Origin: Candidatus Moanibacter sp.
GTDB taxonomy: Bacteria; Verrucomicrobiota; Verrucomicrobiia; Opitutales; UBA2987
Direction of reading: 5' to 3'
Assembly: GCA_965215885.1 (NCBI GenBank)
Contig: CBDCEW010000103.1
Location: 32,001-96,000, forward strand
Length of the DNA: 64,000 nt
The position numbers and the translations under genes are program-made. This document shows, one piece after another, positions 10,541-21,000 of this stretch (positions are counted from its first letter, which is position 1; each line of letters starts with the position of its first letter). Below the pieces are notes generated by a model. It saw only the letters and a program-made list of their open reading frames with translations. It was not told the DNA's origin and searched no databases.

Positions 10541-11628
10541 ACCATTTGAAAGACGCCTTCCATTATTTCCACTGAAATTTTCCATTCGTATTTTGCCATC
10601 ACATGCCTGCGGCCTCCACTCCCCATTTCCACCCTCAGTGCGTCATCGTCGATCAATCTTGAGAGCGCACCGGCCACAGCTTTGGGACTTTCCCTCTCGA
10701 CGATAATGCCCGTGTCACCATCCACCACTACTTCCGGCAAGCCTCCTACATCCGCTACCACAACCGGCACACCACAGGCCGAGGCCTCCAACACAGCGAC
10801 CCCAAAGCTCTCACTTTCCAGGCGGCTCGCTGCCACATAAATGTCTAACCGATTCAGATACTGAGGCACCTCGCTGTGAACGACCTGACCTGTAAACTCA
10901 CAGATTCCTCCAATTCCCAAATCCGATGCGAGTTGCTCGAGCTTCCCGCGATCCGGACCCCCTCCCACAATCAGCAAACGCAATCTCCCGGCTCTCTCCG
11001 AATCCTCTTTCAAGATACTCCGATATACTTTCTCAAACGCGCGTATCAGGATGTCGACTCCATACTTGTAGGCCAGAGTTTTGACCGTTCCGATGGTCAA
11101 TGACCCCGTGTCCTTCCCATCCTGCCGAGATGCGAAAGCCCCGGTATCGACCCCGAATGGAGTAACAGTTATAGATTCAATTCGTGGGTCGATTTTTCGA
11201 GTCTGTTTCGCCATCACTTTGCTCGTCGAGCAAATGTGATCCGCAAATCGCAAATTTCTGATTAACAAATAACGGTGTAGAGGAGACTTCAGTGGAAAGT
11301 CATACACATCGCTGCCCCACACTGAAAGAATTGTAGGGTGAAAGCCGCCTAAGCGACCTAACGTTCCGTAGCCGCTCGCATAATGAACGTTGAGTAGGTC
11401 CGGCTTTACTCTCCCGAGGATTTTCCGAAGAGAGGCGCCATTCAACCAATAGCCCACTTTTCCGCTTACCGGAAGCTTATGCATGTGCACTCGACTCACA
11501 ATGGTATCATCAATCCTGTGGAGGGAAATCAGGTGCACATCATGACCATTCTCACTCAAAGCGTTAACCCAGCGAACCGTATGAATGATGTTTCCGGCGG
11601 CTAAGATTGCGATTCTCATTCCGGCCAA
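10516..11628 (-). CDS. GT4 glycosyltransferase
   Basis: SVWGSDV and ESFGVAVLEASACGVPVV motifs. Confidence 0.92.
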   Translation of the reverse strand: MAGMRIAILAAGNIIHTVRWVNALSENGHDVHLISLHRIDDTIVSRVHMHKLPVSGKVGYWLNGASLRKILGRVKPDLLNVHYASGYGTLGRLGGFHPTILSVWGSDVYDFPLKSPLHRYLLIRNLRFADHICSTSKVMAKQTRKIDPRIESITVTPFGVDTGAFASRQDGKDTGSLTIGTVKTLAYKYGVDILIRAFEKVYRSILKEDSERAGRLRLLIVGGGPDRGKLEQLASDLGIGGICEFTGQVVHSEVPQYLNRLDIYVAASRLESESFGVAVLEASACGVPVVVADVGGLPEVVVDGDTGIIVERESPKAVAGALSRLIDDDALRVEMGSGGRRHVMAKYEWKISVEIMEGVFQMVCRDPETA

Positions 11629-11647
11629 CGCTACGAAACGGGCAACC

Positions 11648-12817
11648 CTATCGTCTTTCTTTCGACAGTTCGCTCATTACTTTTGAAACCTGTTCTGCTC
11701 TTGCCGCCCAGCTGTGTTTCTCCCGTCGCACACGCACGCGCTCCCTTTTCTGCCTCAAGAGGTCACGGTCCAGTCTTAGTCTCTCAATCAGATTCCGCAA
11801 TTCTCTCTTATCCGCTACCACCCAGCCAATGTCCTCTTCAGCGACGAACCGGGCCGCCTCTGTCCCTTCAATGGTAATCACAGGGACTCCGTGCCCCATC
11901 GTCTCGAACAGTTTTACCGGCATAGCAAACGACAAGTAGGCGTAAGGCCGCCAGAAGAGAAGAAAGACATCCGCCTTTAAATAGAAATCACTCAGCTCCT
12001 TTTCTCCAAGATGCACCACATGCACATTCTCGCTCCCATCCCGCAGATAACGCGATCTTACAATCTCCCACTCATCGCGCCGGCAACACAAATTCAGGTT
12101 GACCTTATCGAGGCTCTGAACGACCTCGAACATCTCGGACAAATCATAAAGCGGAGGTATAACTCCCCCCACATAACAGAGGTTGAGCGATTCGTTATTG
12201 CGATCGCTATCCGTCTCATCATTTACGATAACATTGCATCCCGGAGGCAGTGCGCCGAGACTCTCCGGGGGCCATGGGAAAGGAAGAGCCTTTGCCATCG
12301 CCAGGGACGGCAGGAAAAGGTGATCGACGATCTTTCGATACCAGCACCAATCATAATAATAGAAAGTATTGGCGACGAGTCGCTTATACCGGTTTACCTT
12401 GCTGCGATAATGCGGGAAGCGCCAGTGAATATCGCGATAGTAGAGCGCTATCGGGATCCCTTTCTGTTTTAGGAAGCGGATAAATCCGAAATCGAGGAAC
12501 GGATGAAGCGGGAGATGATGTCGCTCCGTCAACACGGTAGGCATTGTCGAAGACTCGGCGTAGACAAATGCAAACCGCTCGCCCCTTCTAACCGCCTGCC
12601 TCAATCTCTGAATTTCGGCCTTTCGTTGAGCGGCGGCGCCAAACACTCCCTCAACGCGAAAACCCACGTTTTCAAAAGCGCAAACCATCCGACAGGGCCG
12701 TACTTCACTGCCTGAAGAGCCGTTCTCGATCAGCGGACGCGGGTGGTGAAAGACAATCCGCTGCTCATTCATCCCAGCAGACTCGATGCCTTTACGCGCA
12801 AAAGCCCGCGCTTTCAC
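11648..12817 (-). CDS. GT-B glycosyltransferase (GT4-like)
   Basis: MPVKLFETMGHGVPVI motif; located in the polysaccharide cluster. Confidence 0.85.
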   Translation of the reverse strand: MKARAFARKGIESAGMNEQRIVFHHPRPLIENGSSGSEVRPCRMVCAFENVGFRVEGVFGAAAQRKAEIQRLRQAVRRGERFAFVYAESSTMPTVLTERHHLPLHPFLDFGFIRFLKQKGIPIALYYRDIHWRFPHYRSKVNRYKRLVANTFYYYDWCWYRKIVDHLFLPSLAMAKALPFPWPPESLGALPPGCNVIVNDETDSDRNNESLNLCYVGGVIPPLYDLSEMFEVVQSLDKVNLNLCCRRDEWEIVRSRYLRDGSENVHVVHLGEKELSDFYLKADVFLLFWRPYAYLSFAMPVKLFETMGHGVPVITIEGTEAARFVAEEDIGWVVADKRELRNLIERLRLDRDLLRQKRERVRVRREKHSWAARAEQVSKVMSELSKERR

Positions 12818-13041
12818 AGGAGCCTTTCAATTTGTCTGACCTTGGAAGGGGCCGCCGAAACGACCAACGCATTGAGTCGCTCGTATACCCTCACCCACTC
12901 GCCGGCGGCGCTGTCCAGCAGCGATACCACGATCGGCTCCACCTCGCGCGCCCTCGCGTAATCAAGTATAGACACGTGCGTTTCCCTCGGTTCCGAAAGG
13001 AAGACAATGCCGACCGGAAAAATGGCAGCCTTTTTTACCAA
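12814..13041 (-). CDS. Small hypothetical protein or gene remnant
   Basis: 75-aa ORF with a 4-bp overlap into the downstream glycosyltransferase; no recognisable motif. Confidence 0.3.
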   Translation of the reverse strand: MVKKAAIFPVGIVFLSEPRETHVSILDYARAREVEPIVVSLLDSAAGEWVRVYERLNALVVSAAPSKVRQIERLL

Positions 13042-13184
13042 AGATTTCGTCCGTCAGTTTGCTATTGTTCTCATTCTCTTTCCGCAATGTCGAACAATTG
13101 CTAAAGGTGTCCTTATCTGATTAGTCACTTACCGGTGGAAGTAGACGCCTGCCAGGTCTCTGGTTTCCCCGCTTCAGATTGGAA

Positions 13185-14267
13185 TCATCTTCGCTCGATT
13201 CGATTTTCGGGCTGGATTTTCAGCGAATCGATAATACAGTCGGTCGCCTCGACGGTGCTGAGTCTGCCGCCCACGTCGGGAGTTGAATGACCTTCCGCCA
13301 GATTGCTTTTGACGGCGTCACGAATCGAATCTGCCGGCGTCTTCAAATCAAGCCATTCCAACATCATAGCCGCGCTGAGAATCGCCCCGATCGGATTGGC
13401 GATGCCTTTCCCCGCGATATCTGGAGCGGAACCGTGCACCGGTTCAAAGAGGGAAGGAAACCGGCGGTCGGGATTCAGGTTAGCCGAAGGGTTGAGCCCC
13501 AGGCTGCCCGTAATGGCGCCGGAGAGATCCGTAAGAATATCCCCAAACAGGTTGGAAGCGACCACCACATCGAATTTCTCCGGCTGCCGCACGAAATTCA
13601 TGGCGGCGGCATCAATGTGCTGGCGGTCAACCTCCACATCAGAATATTCACAACCTACTTCCTCCAGGATCTCATCCCAGAGGACGAAAGCGTAGCCTTG
13701 AGCGTTAGATTTGGTGATCATGGTCAGGCGCTTACGTCGAGTGAGTGCCAGCTCGAACCCGTAGCGCAAGATTCGTTCAATTCCCCTGCGGGTATGTACC
13801 GCCGTCTGCAGGGCTACTTCCTCGGGGGATCCCCGGTGAAATCGCCCTCCATTATTGACGTATTCACCTTCCGAATTCTCCCTTACGACAACCAGGTCGA
13901 TTTCCCCTGCATTGGCAAGGGGAGCAGGCACGCCCGCATAGGTCCTGGCAGGCCGCACGCAAGCATAGAGATCGAAAGCCTGTCGTAACCGTATCAGCGG
14001 TGCCAAAGTTATGTGATCCGGAAGCCGGTCCGGATAACCGACCGCGCCCAGGAAGAGGGCATCGAAGGGGTTGAGAACTTCGAGAAAGTCTTCCTGAGCG
14101 ACAATTCCGTGCTTCGCGTAGTACTCCACTCCCCAGTCGAAACGCGTAAACTCGATTTGGTATGCCTCAGCTCCCTTCTGAACCGCTTCTAAGACGCCGA
14201 CTACCGAATCGGTCACCTCTGCCCCGATTCCGTCACCCGGATAAAGTGCGATCTTGTATTCCTTCAT
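13185..14267 (-). CDS. Tartrate/D-malate dehydrogenase (isocitrate/isopropylmalate dehydrogenase family)
   Basis: PGDGIG, VRENSEGEY, TKSNA, NLFGDILTDL and EPVHGSAPDIAG motifs. Confidence 0.88.
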   Translation of the reverse strand: MKEYKIALYPGDGIGAEVTDSVVGVLEAVQKGAEAYQIEFTRFDWGVEYYAKHGIVAQEDFLEVLNPFDALFLGAVGYPDRLPDHITLAPLIRLRQAFDLYACVRPARTYAGVPAPLANAGEIDLVVVRENSEGEYVNNGGRFHRGSPEEVALQTAVHTRRGIERILRYGFELALTRRKRLTMITKSNAQGYAFVLWDEILEEVGCEYSDVEVDRQHIDAAAMNFVRQPEKFDVVVASNLFGDILTDLSGAITGSLGLNPSANLNPDRRFPSLFEPVHGSAPDIAGKGIANPIGAILSAAMMLEWLDLKTPADSIRDAVKSNLAEGHSTPDVGGRLSTVEATDCIIDSLKIQPENRIERR

Positions 14268-14489
14268 TGATTATCCACGTGGAGTTCTAGCGCCATACCC
14301 GTTCGCCTGTTTCAGGTCTGGATAAATTGTGGCCTTCAGGTTTGTCGTGTCAATGTGGCTCATCGCAAAAGCTTGTGCATTCAATTTCGGGCCAAAAAAG
14401 GGTGTTGCCCAAACAAATATGGAAGCCCGCCCTGGCGAACGGCAGGTTCAAGCGTCGGATTGCGGAGGCGTCCACTATCGGTAGACGTT

Positions 14490-14516
14490 TGTTCGTATTT
14501 CGCCGAAATACGAACA
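14490..14516. promoter_or_regulatory. Perfect 13-1-13 palindrome in a divergent promoter region (candidate operator)
   Basis: TGTTCGTATTTCG-C-CGAAATACGAACA between two divergent dehydrogenase genes. Confidence 0.45.
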
Positions 14517-14720
14517 TAGAACATTAGAGAGCGAGTATATGACAAACTCATCGCTCGCTACCCGGGTCTGCCGACCGGCCGGGTAGTTCCAGATTCTGAG
14601 TGCACCGGCTTTGCCGGATTATCCAGGGCAAAACAGTAGAGGGGCCATTGACCTGACAGAACTATTCCTCTAATTTTCCTTTTTTATCGCTCAACACAGG
14701 TAACCAACAGGAGGCATTTT

Positions 14721-16130
14721 ATGAAGATGTACATTGCAGGAAAATGGATCGATCGGGACGAAAAGATCGAAGTAGTTCACCCTTTTGACGGTTCCGTAAT
14801 CGACACCGTACCGCAAGCCTCCCCTGGGGATATCGAAGAGGCCATTGCCGCTGCCGAGCGAGGCGCACTCGCAATGGAGGCAATGACTGCTTATGAGCGC
14901 TATGAAATTCTAATCCGGGCGGCGGCAATCATGAAGGAGCGCATCGATGAACTGGGGCGCACGATTACGCTGGAAGAGGGCAAAGTGCTCCCGGAAGGGC
15001 TGCTCGAAGCAAGCCGCGCCGCAGAGACGATCACTCTCTCCGCGGAAGAGGCCAAGCGCGTCTACGGGGAAGTCATTCCACTTGATGGCGCCGCTGGGGG
15101 TGCGGGTAAGTTTGGATTTACCCTGCGCGTGCCGTGTGGCGTTGTCCTCGCCATTACCCCCTTCAATTTTCCATTGAACCTGGTCTGCCATAAGATCGGC
15201 CCGGCTCTTGCGACCGGTAATGCGGTCATCGTCAAGCCGGCCTCCGACACTCCTTTGTCCGCACTGAAGATTACCGAGATTATGCTCGAGGCCGGTCTGC
15301 CGCCGGAAGCGATACAATGTGTCACCGGCTCGGGCGCATCCATTGGAAATCTGCTCTGCGAGGACAAACGGGTCCGCAAAATCACTTTCACCGGCAGCCG
15401 CGACGTCGGCGAGCAGATTTGCCACATGGCCGGCATCAAACGCGTCACAATGGAATTGGGATCGAACGCTCCCCTTATCGTTATGTCCGACGCGGATCTC
15501 GAAAAGGTGGCCGCAACCACGGCCATGACCGGGTACGCCAATGCCGGTCAGGTCTGTATCTCCACGCAAAGAGTACTTGTGGATTCTCAGACCTGCGACG
15601 ATTTCATCGACCTTCTGAAACCCAAAGTCGAAGCCCTCACGACCGGAAATCCGCTCGAAGAGGGAATAGCCGTGGGGCCTATGGTTCGCGAAGCGGATGC
15701 TCTCCGCGTCAATGAATGGATACATGAAGCCGTCGGTGCCGGAGCAAAGCTCATTACGGGTGGCGAGCGCGAGGGCGCCATCCACTCGCCTACCATTCTT
15801 GCTGACGTCAAACCTGAGATGAGGATCTCCTGCGATGAAGTATTTGGACCGGCTGTGTGCCTGACCCGATTTGATAACATTGATGAAGCAATCGCCCTCG
15901 CCAACGACACGAATTACGGACTGAGCGCGGGCATTTTTACGGAAAACATTAACTGGGCCATGCAGTTTGCGCAGCGCGTGCAATCGGGCAATCTCCACAT
16001 CAACTGGGGACCTATGTGGCGCGCCGACCTCATGCCCTATGGCGGATTAAAAGAGAGCGGCCTCGGAAAGGAAGGTCCCCGCTACGCCGTTGAGGAGATG
16101 ACCGAGACGAAAATGGTGGTGTTCCACTAG
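14721..16130 (+). CDS. Aldehyde dehydrogenase family protein (lactaldehyde dehydrogenase/GapN-like)
   Basis: ITPFNFP, FTGS, MELGSN, GQVCIS and EVFGP motifs; strong RBS AGGAGG. Confidence 0.93.
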   Translation: MKMYIAGKWIDRDEKIEVVHPFDGSVIDTVPQASPGDIEEAIAAAERGALAMEAMTAYERYEILIRAAAIMKERIDELGRTITLEEGKVLPEGLLEASRAAETITLSAEEAKRVYGEVIPLDGAAGGAGKFGFTLRVPCGVVLAITPFNFPLNLVCHKIGPALATGNAVIVKPASDTPLSALKITEIMLEAGLPPEAIQCVTGSGASIGNLLCEDKRVRKITFTGSRDVGEQICHMAGIKRVTMELGSNAPLIVMSDADLEKVAATTAMTGYANAGQVCISTQRVLVDSQTCDDFIDLLKPKVEALTTGNPLEEGIAVGPMVREADALRVNEWIHEAVGAGAKLITGGEREGAIHSPTILADVKPEMRISCDEVFGPAVCLTRFDNIDEAIALANDTNYGLSAGIFTENINWAMQFAQRVQSGNLHINWGPMWRADLMPYGGLKESGLGKEGPRYAVEEMTETKMVVFH

Positions 16131-16132
16131 CC

Positions 16133-16654
16133 TCATTGCACCTCGACTTCCGCCTGTGCCAGATTTGCGAGCGCATCGCCGGTTAGGCGTTGGACCGTCC
16201 AATCGTCCATAGATATCGCCCCAAGGCCCTTATAAAATCGAATCGCCGGTTCATTCCAATCCAAGACGGACCATTCGAAGCGTCCGCAATCTCTCTCCAC
16301 AGCGATCCGGGCTAAATGTATCAGCAGCGCCTTTCCGATCCCTTTACCTCTCTTCTCCGGCATGACGTAAAGATCCTCGAGATAGATGCCGGGCTTTCCG
16401 AGAAAAGTGGAGAAACTATGGAAATAGATGGCTATTCCGGACGGTTCATCACTGTAATAGGCAAGCAATACTTCGGCCACCCTATTCCTACCGAACAAGG
16501 TCAGGCGAAGTTGCTCTTCCGACGCCACAACTTCATCAAGTAGGTTTTCATACTCGGCCAGACCTTTAATGAACCTAAGGATTACCGGCAGATCACTCTC
16601 CGTGGCCACTTCGATGCGAAACTCGCTCAACCTGCTGTTTTTCTCAGTCATCAT
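16133..16654 (-). CDS. GNAT acetyltransferase (SSAT/diamine acetyltransferase-like)
   Basis: LEDLYV..RGKGIG and WSVLDWNEPAI motifs. Confidence 0.9.
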   Translation of the reverse strand: MMTEKNSRLSEFRIEVATESDLPVILRFIKGLAEYENLLDEVVASEEQLRLTLFGRNRVAEVLLAYYSDEPSGIAIYFHSFSTFLGKPGIYLEDLYVMPEKRGKGIGKALLIHLARIAVERDCGRFEWSVLDWNEPAIRFYKGLGAISMDDWTVQRLTGDALANLAQAEVEVQ

Positions 16655-16929
16655 AATAACGGTCGACCTCCTACTCAGCTAGCCCTCTTACTACAAGATC
16701 ATTGAACTTCAGCAAAGCTCGAATTTTGACAACCCTCTGAACGGGATCACGCTACACAACTACCAAATACCCCTTTCCCGAGAAGAAATCCTGCCGATCT
16801 CCAAATAAAAACTGAGAGTTCACGCAATACCGTCGGTAGCTCCCTCCTCCAACTATTACCCTCGCTTTTAAGAAACCTTTTTTCAAATTCATGCAGCAAT
16901 GCAATTGACTTTCCCTTAGAGTGTAATAC

Positions 16930-18792
16930 ATGAACATTCCCGGAATGATAGTAACAGCAGCTTCCGTGCAAACCCCTACGATCGATAGAAGCTCGTTACG
17001 CAAGGAGACGGTCACCGAAGCTGTCATCCGACTTGCCGGCGAGTCTCAGGACGGTATCCAATCGATCGGTGGTTTCCTCGCTCGTCTCGCCGGGCGAAGC
17101 GATCAGGAGGTAATGACCTACATGACTATCCCTTCCACGATCGCGGGGGGTCCTTCGATTTTTCAGGTGCGCATCGGTTCCGGTCAGATCCTCTCCGCGG
17201 GCGACGCGGCCGATTTTCTGGTCGCGTTTTACCAACACAGCTACGATGAGCACATCGAGTTCCTTAAGGAAGGCGGCGTTTTGTTATACGACGTTGACAA
17301 CGTAACGCCAAAACTCAGCGACAAGCGGTTTGTCCAGGTCGGCGTGCCGATCTCAGGACTCACTATTGAAGCACTTGGGGGATCGGCAAAGAGCAAGGGG
17401 AAGAATATCTTTGTCCTGGGGCTCTTATCCCGGATTTTCGACCTCGATGTGGGCAAACTCAAAACGATCATGAAGGAGCGTTTCGGGGGTCGAGGGGAAG
17501 GAGTGCTGCGCAATGCTTACCTCGCCTTCGACGCCGGCTTCGCCTACCCGGTCGATAACGTCCTCGATCGCTATTACACCTTCGAGACAACCAAGCGCAA
17601 GGGAGGGAAACCTCAAGTCACGATGGATGGGAATCAGGCGCTTACTTACGGCCTGATCGCAGCCGGCGTCCGATTTGGCGCGGGCTATCCGATTACACCG
17701 TGGTCAAGCATAATGGAACTTCTGCGCTCCGAATTGCCCAAGTATGGCGGCACTTTTGTCCAGGCGGAAGACGAGTTGGCTGCCATATCGATGGCTCTCG
17801 GTTTCGCTTATTCCGGTCACCTCGCGGTCACGGGAAGCTCCGGGCCGGGTATTTCTTTGAAGATGGAAGCGCTTGGTTGGGCGGTTATGGCGGAAATTCC
17901 ACTTATCGTCGTCAACGTACAGCGCGGAGGCCCCAGCACCGGCCTGCCCACCAATGTCGAGCAGAGCGATCTTATGCAGGCGATATACGGAAGCCACGGT
18001 GACACTCCTCGCGTCGTTGTTGCTCCACGGCACGTCGAGGACTGCTTCTACATCGCCCTCGAGGCTGCAAAGATTGCCCGGAAATACAGCACTCCCGTCA
18101 TCATCTTGACGGACCAGGCACTGGCGACTCGAATTGAGGCTTTCGACGAACCCAACCTCGTCGAGGCGGTCGTCGATCCTACTCTCGATCTAAGCCCGCG
18201 CAAGGAAGGATTCGAACCTTACTCCCTCGAACGGATAACGCGACATGCCCCACCCGGGACGATAATTGAAGGAGGGAAATACCCTGTCGTTACCGGCTTG
18301 GAACACGATGAGTCGGGTAATCCCACAGCGAACCCGCAGCTGCACATGCGCATGACGGCAAAGAGGCGAAATAAGCTGAAGCAGCTGGCAAACGAGATTG
18401 GCCGGCCGGATGTTTACGGTGATCGAGAAGGGGATTTCCTCCTCGTAGGATGGGGTTCCACCTACGGACCTATTCGCGAAGCTGTCAACCGCGCCCGCGC
18501 CGCCGGCGATCGGATCGGTTGCATCCACATACATCACCTCCATCCTTTACCAAACGGTATCGAACGAATCTTCAGTCGCTACCGCCAGATTTTTGTTGTG
18601 GAAATGAATGACCAGGGTCTCTACGGATTCGGACAGCTCGCCGGCCTCCTGCGCGCATGCTTCTGCAATTCGAATATTCGCAGCATTACCAAAACGGACG
18701 GGCTCACTTTCAAAGTCAGAGAGATCCTTAGCGGGATCGAGCGCTTGCGCAGCGACGCAGTATCTTCGTTTTCTGCCTACCCATACGTCTAG
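16930..18792 (+). CDS. korA: 2-oxoacid:ferredoxin oxidoreductase subunit alpha
   Basis: GYPITP, QAEDE, SGPG and QRGGPSTGLPT motifs. Confidence 0.93.
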   Translation: MNIPGMIVTAASVQTPTIDRSSLRKETVTEAVIRLAGESQDGIQSIGGFLARLAGRSDQEVMTYMTIPSTIAGGPSIFQVRIGSGQILSAGDAADFLVAFYQHSYDEHIEFLKEGGVLLYDVDNVTPKLSDKRFVQVGVPISGLTIEALGGSAKSKGKNIFVLGLLSRIFDLDVGKLKTIMKERFGGRGEGVLRNAYLAFDAGFAYPVDNVLDRYYTFETTKRKGGKPQVTMDGNQALTYGLIAAGVRFGAGYPITPWSSIMELLRSELPKYGGTFVQAEDELAAISMALGFAYSGHLAVTGSSGPGISLKMEALGWAVMAEIPLIVVNVQRGGPSTGLPTNVEQSDLMQAIYGSHGDTPRVVVAPRHVEDCFYIALEAAKIARKYSTPVIILTDQALATRIEAFDEPNLVEAVVDPTLDLSPRKEGFEPYSLERITRHAPPGTIIEGGKYPVVTGLEHDESGNPTANPQLHMRMTAKRRNKLKQLANEIGRPDVYGDREGDFLLVGWGSTYGPIREAVNRARAAGDRIGCIHIHHLHPLPNGIERIFSRYRQIFVVEMNDQGLYGFGQLAGLLRACFCNSNIRSITKTDGLTFKVREILSGIERLRSDAVSSFSAYPYV

Positions 18793-18803
18793 TAAGGAAA
18801 TCG

Positions 18804-19751
18804 ATGGTAAATATAAATACTTCAAATAACTCCTCGGACGGACGGACGGATGGCTTACTAAGCAAAAAGGACCTCACCGCGGAAAAGCCCACCTGGTGTG
18901 CCGGATGCGGTGACTACGCCGTGCTAGCAGCCTTCTACCGCGTCCTCGAGCAACTCCAGCTCAAGCACGAGAAAATCGTTACGCTGGCGGGAATCGGATG
19001 CTCTTCAAGGTTTCCCTATTTCGTAAACACTCACGGAGGCCACTTTATCCACGGACGCGCTGTCCCCTTTGCCACGGGCGTAAGTCTATCCCGTTCCGAT
19101 TTGCATGTATTCGTATTCGGAGGGGACGGTGATGGCTTTTCAATGGGTGGAAATCACCTGGACCATGGAGCCCGAAAAAATGCAAACCTCACTTATGTCA
19201 TTATGGACAATTTCGTTTACGGGCTAACGAAAAAACAGACCTCTCCTACTTCGCCCGTCGGGTTTCAATCCAAAACCGATCCAAGTGGCTCCGTCGATCG
19301 ACCTATAAACCCGATGAAAAAGCTTGTCACAAGCGGCGCTTCTTTTATCGCGCGTACGCACGCCACCCAGGTGAAACATATGATGGAAATGTACCAGCGA
19401 GCGATCGCTCATGAAGGCTTTTCCGTCATTGAATGTCTCTCGGAATGCACGGAGTTTTACCCAGGGGCGTTTGATGCCGGCATACCACGCAAAGGCGGAG
19501 AGTTTACAGTCATCGAAGAGAAGAAACAGGACGACACGACGGATGACGAAAGACGCCACGATCCATCCGACGAGATGGCAGCCTATGCCCTTGCCGATCT
19601 GCCCTGGCCCGGAGTATTCGGGGTCTTTTATGAAACGAATCGCCCCACGAAAAACGACTTGGAGGCCGAACTGGTCAAGAAGTCGCGTCTGGAAACGGGC
19701 CGGGCCAGCGACATCGAGCTTTTGCGGAAGACTTTCGATCGATTAAAGTAA
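18804..19751 (+). CDS. korB: 2-oxoacid:ferredoxin oxidoreductase subunit beta
   Basis: WCAGCGD, GIGCS, HGRA and GDGD TPP-binding motifs. Confidence 0.93.
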   Translation: MVNINTSNNSSDGRTDGLLSKKDLTAEKPTWCAGCGDYAVLAAFYRVLEQLQLKHEKIVTLAGIGCSSRFPYFVNTHGGHFIHGRAVPFATGVSLSRSDLHVFVFGGDGDGFSMGGNHLDHGARKNANLTYVIMDNFVYGLTKKQTSPTSPVGFQSKTDPSGSVDRPINPMKKLVTSGASFIARTHATQVKHMMEMYQRAIAHEGFSVIECLSECTEFYPGAFDAGIPRKGGEFTVIEEKKQDDTTDDERRHDPSDEMAAYALADLPWPGVFGVFYETNRPTKNDLEAELVKKSRLETGRASDIELLRKTFDRLK

Positions 19752-20707
19752 AGACCATAATCATCGGAGCCGGAGGGATGGCCCAGCACCACCTCCGCGA
19801 AATCCTCAGACAGCGAAGAACCACGCAGGTGGTCGGAGTGGTCGAAATAAGCGACGCTTCGCGAAAACGCACCGCATTCACCTTTGGGCAGTACAATATG
19901 ACCTGTCCTCCGTTTTATGCCTCTCTGAGAGAGCTCTTGAAAAACGGCCATGAACCCGACGCGGCGCTGATCGCTACACCGCATAAGTTTCACTGCGAAA
20001 ACGTTTGCGATTGCCTGCGTGCCGGAATCGATGTTCTCGTCGAAAAACCCATGGTCCTAGACGTGAGGGAGGCCCGAAAAGTCATTCGGCTCCGCGACAA
20101 GACCGGTAGGTTGGTTGTGGTCGCGTTTAATGGAAGCCTGTCGCCCGCCATTCATAAGGCGAAAGCACTCCTCGCGAAGGGATTGATTGGTCGAGTTACA
20201 GGGATATGCGCTCATGTCCACCAGGACTGGAAAGACGCCCAAATCGGAACATGGCGCCAGAATCCGGCTATTTCCGGAGGCGGATTCCTCTTTGATACCG
20301 GCTCCCATATGATCAATACTGTGGTTGACCTCATCGATGCGGAGATTGAAGCGTTGTTCGTGGTATCTGATAACCTCGGAATGCCGGTAGAGATAAACTC
20401 TTCCGTCAGCGGCAGGTTTCGCAACGGCGTTACCTTCTCCCTGATCGGCATCGGTGCTTCTATCCATTGTACTTCCCAGATCCGCATCTTCGGCGACAAA
20501 GGCGTGTTAGAAACCGGAATCTGGGGCGAACGTCTCCTCCACCTTCCTGTCAATGCGAGGGATTACCGTCCCATTCCTTTTCGGAAAGGCAGGAAACCCT
20601 GGGTTCAGTTTCTCAAGGTGAGGGAGGGAAAAATCGAAAACCCCTCGCCTCCTGAAATAGGACTTCGTTTTGCCCGGCTCATGGATCGCATTCGCCAAAG
20701 TACCTGA
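19742..20707 (+). CDS. Gfo/Idh/MocA oxidoreductase
   Basis: IATPH, VEKP and GGGFLFDTGSH motifs. The Rossmann motif IIIGAGGM lies upstream of the called ATG (19778), in frame from ATT at 19742. Confidence 0.85.
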   Translation: MKVKTIIIGAGGMAQHHLREILRQRRTTQVVGVVEISDASRKRTAFTFGQYNMTCPPFYASLRELLKNGHEPDAALIATPHKFHCENVCDCLRAGIDVLVEKPMVLDVREARKVIRLRDKTGRLVVVAFNGSLSPAIHKAKALLAKGLIGRVTGICAHVHQDWKDAQIGTWRQNPAISGGGFLFDTGSHMINTVVDLIDAEIEALFVVSDNLGMPVEINSSVSGRFRNGVTFSLIGIGASIHCTSQIRIFGDKGVLETGIWGERLLHLPVNARDYRPIPFRKGRKPWVQFLKVREGKIENPSPPEIGLRFARLMDRIRQST

Positions 20708-20798
20708 ACACCGAACCCTGAACTCCAAACTTCCTGGCACGCCATCTTTTCACGACGAAGAGTCCCGCCCAGAAGGAGGTAGGGCATTCATTTCTTCT

Positions 20799-20883
20799 GT
20801 GTAGCCGCGGTCGCCAAGGACGCGGACCGACGGGCTCGCAACGATGTTCCAATCCACCGCGTCCTTGGCGGCCTCGGCTACAC
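20799..20883. repeat. REP-like inverted repeat pair (GTAG-type), copy 1
   Basis: GTGTAGCCGCGGTCGCCAAGGACGCGG ... CCGCGTCCTTGGCGGCCTCGGCTACAC; homologous to 28796-28868. Confidence 0.8.
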
Positions 20884-21000
20884 CTTCGGCTGATACACCG
20901 AAAGGCTAAATCTCGTTATCCTATTCCTATCTCTGTGTGCCTCTGTGGTTCTCGGTGATCCTCTGTGACCCTTCTTCTCTCTCCTGAACCCTTATGCAAA

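Noticed and set aside
14490..14516. Verrucomicrobial LexA box (TGTTC-N4-GAACA)
   Set aside because: The half-sites are 17 bp apart, not 4; no such box was seen before dinB either.
14910..15998. 362-aa antisense ORF and similar shadow ORFs (e.g. 22699-23493, 49905-50606)
   Set aside because: They lie opposite well-supported genes and have no recognisable motifs.
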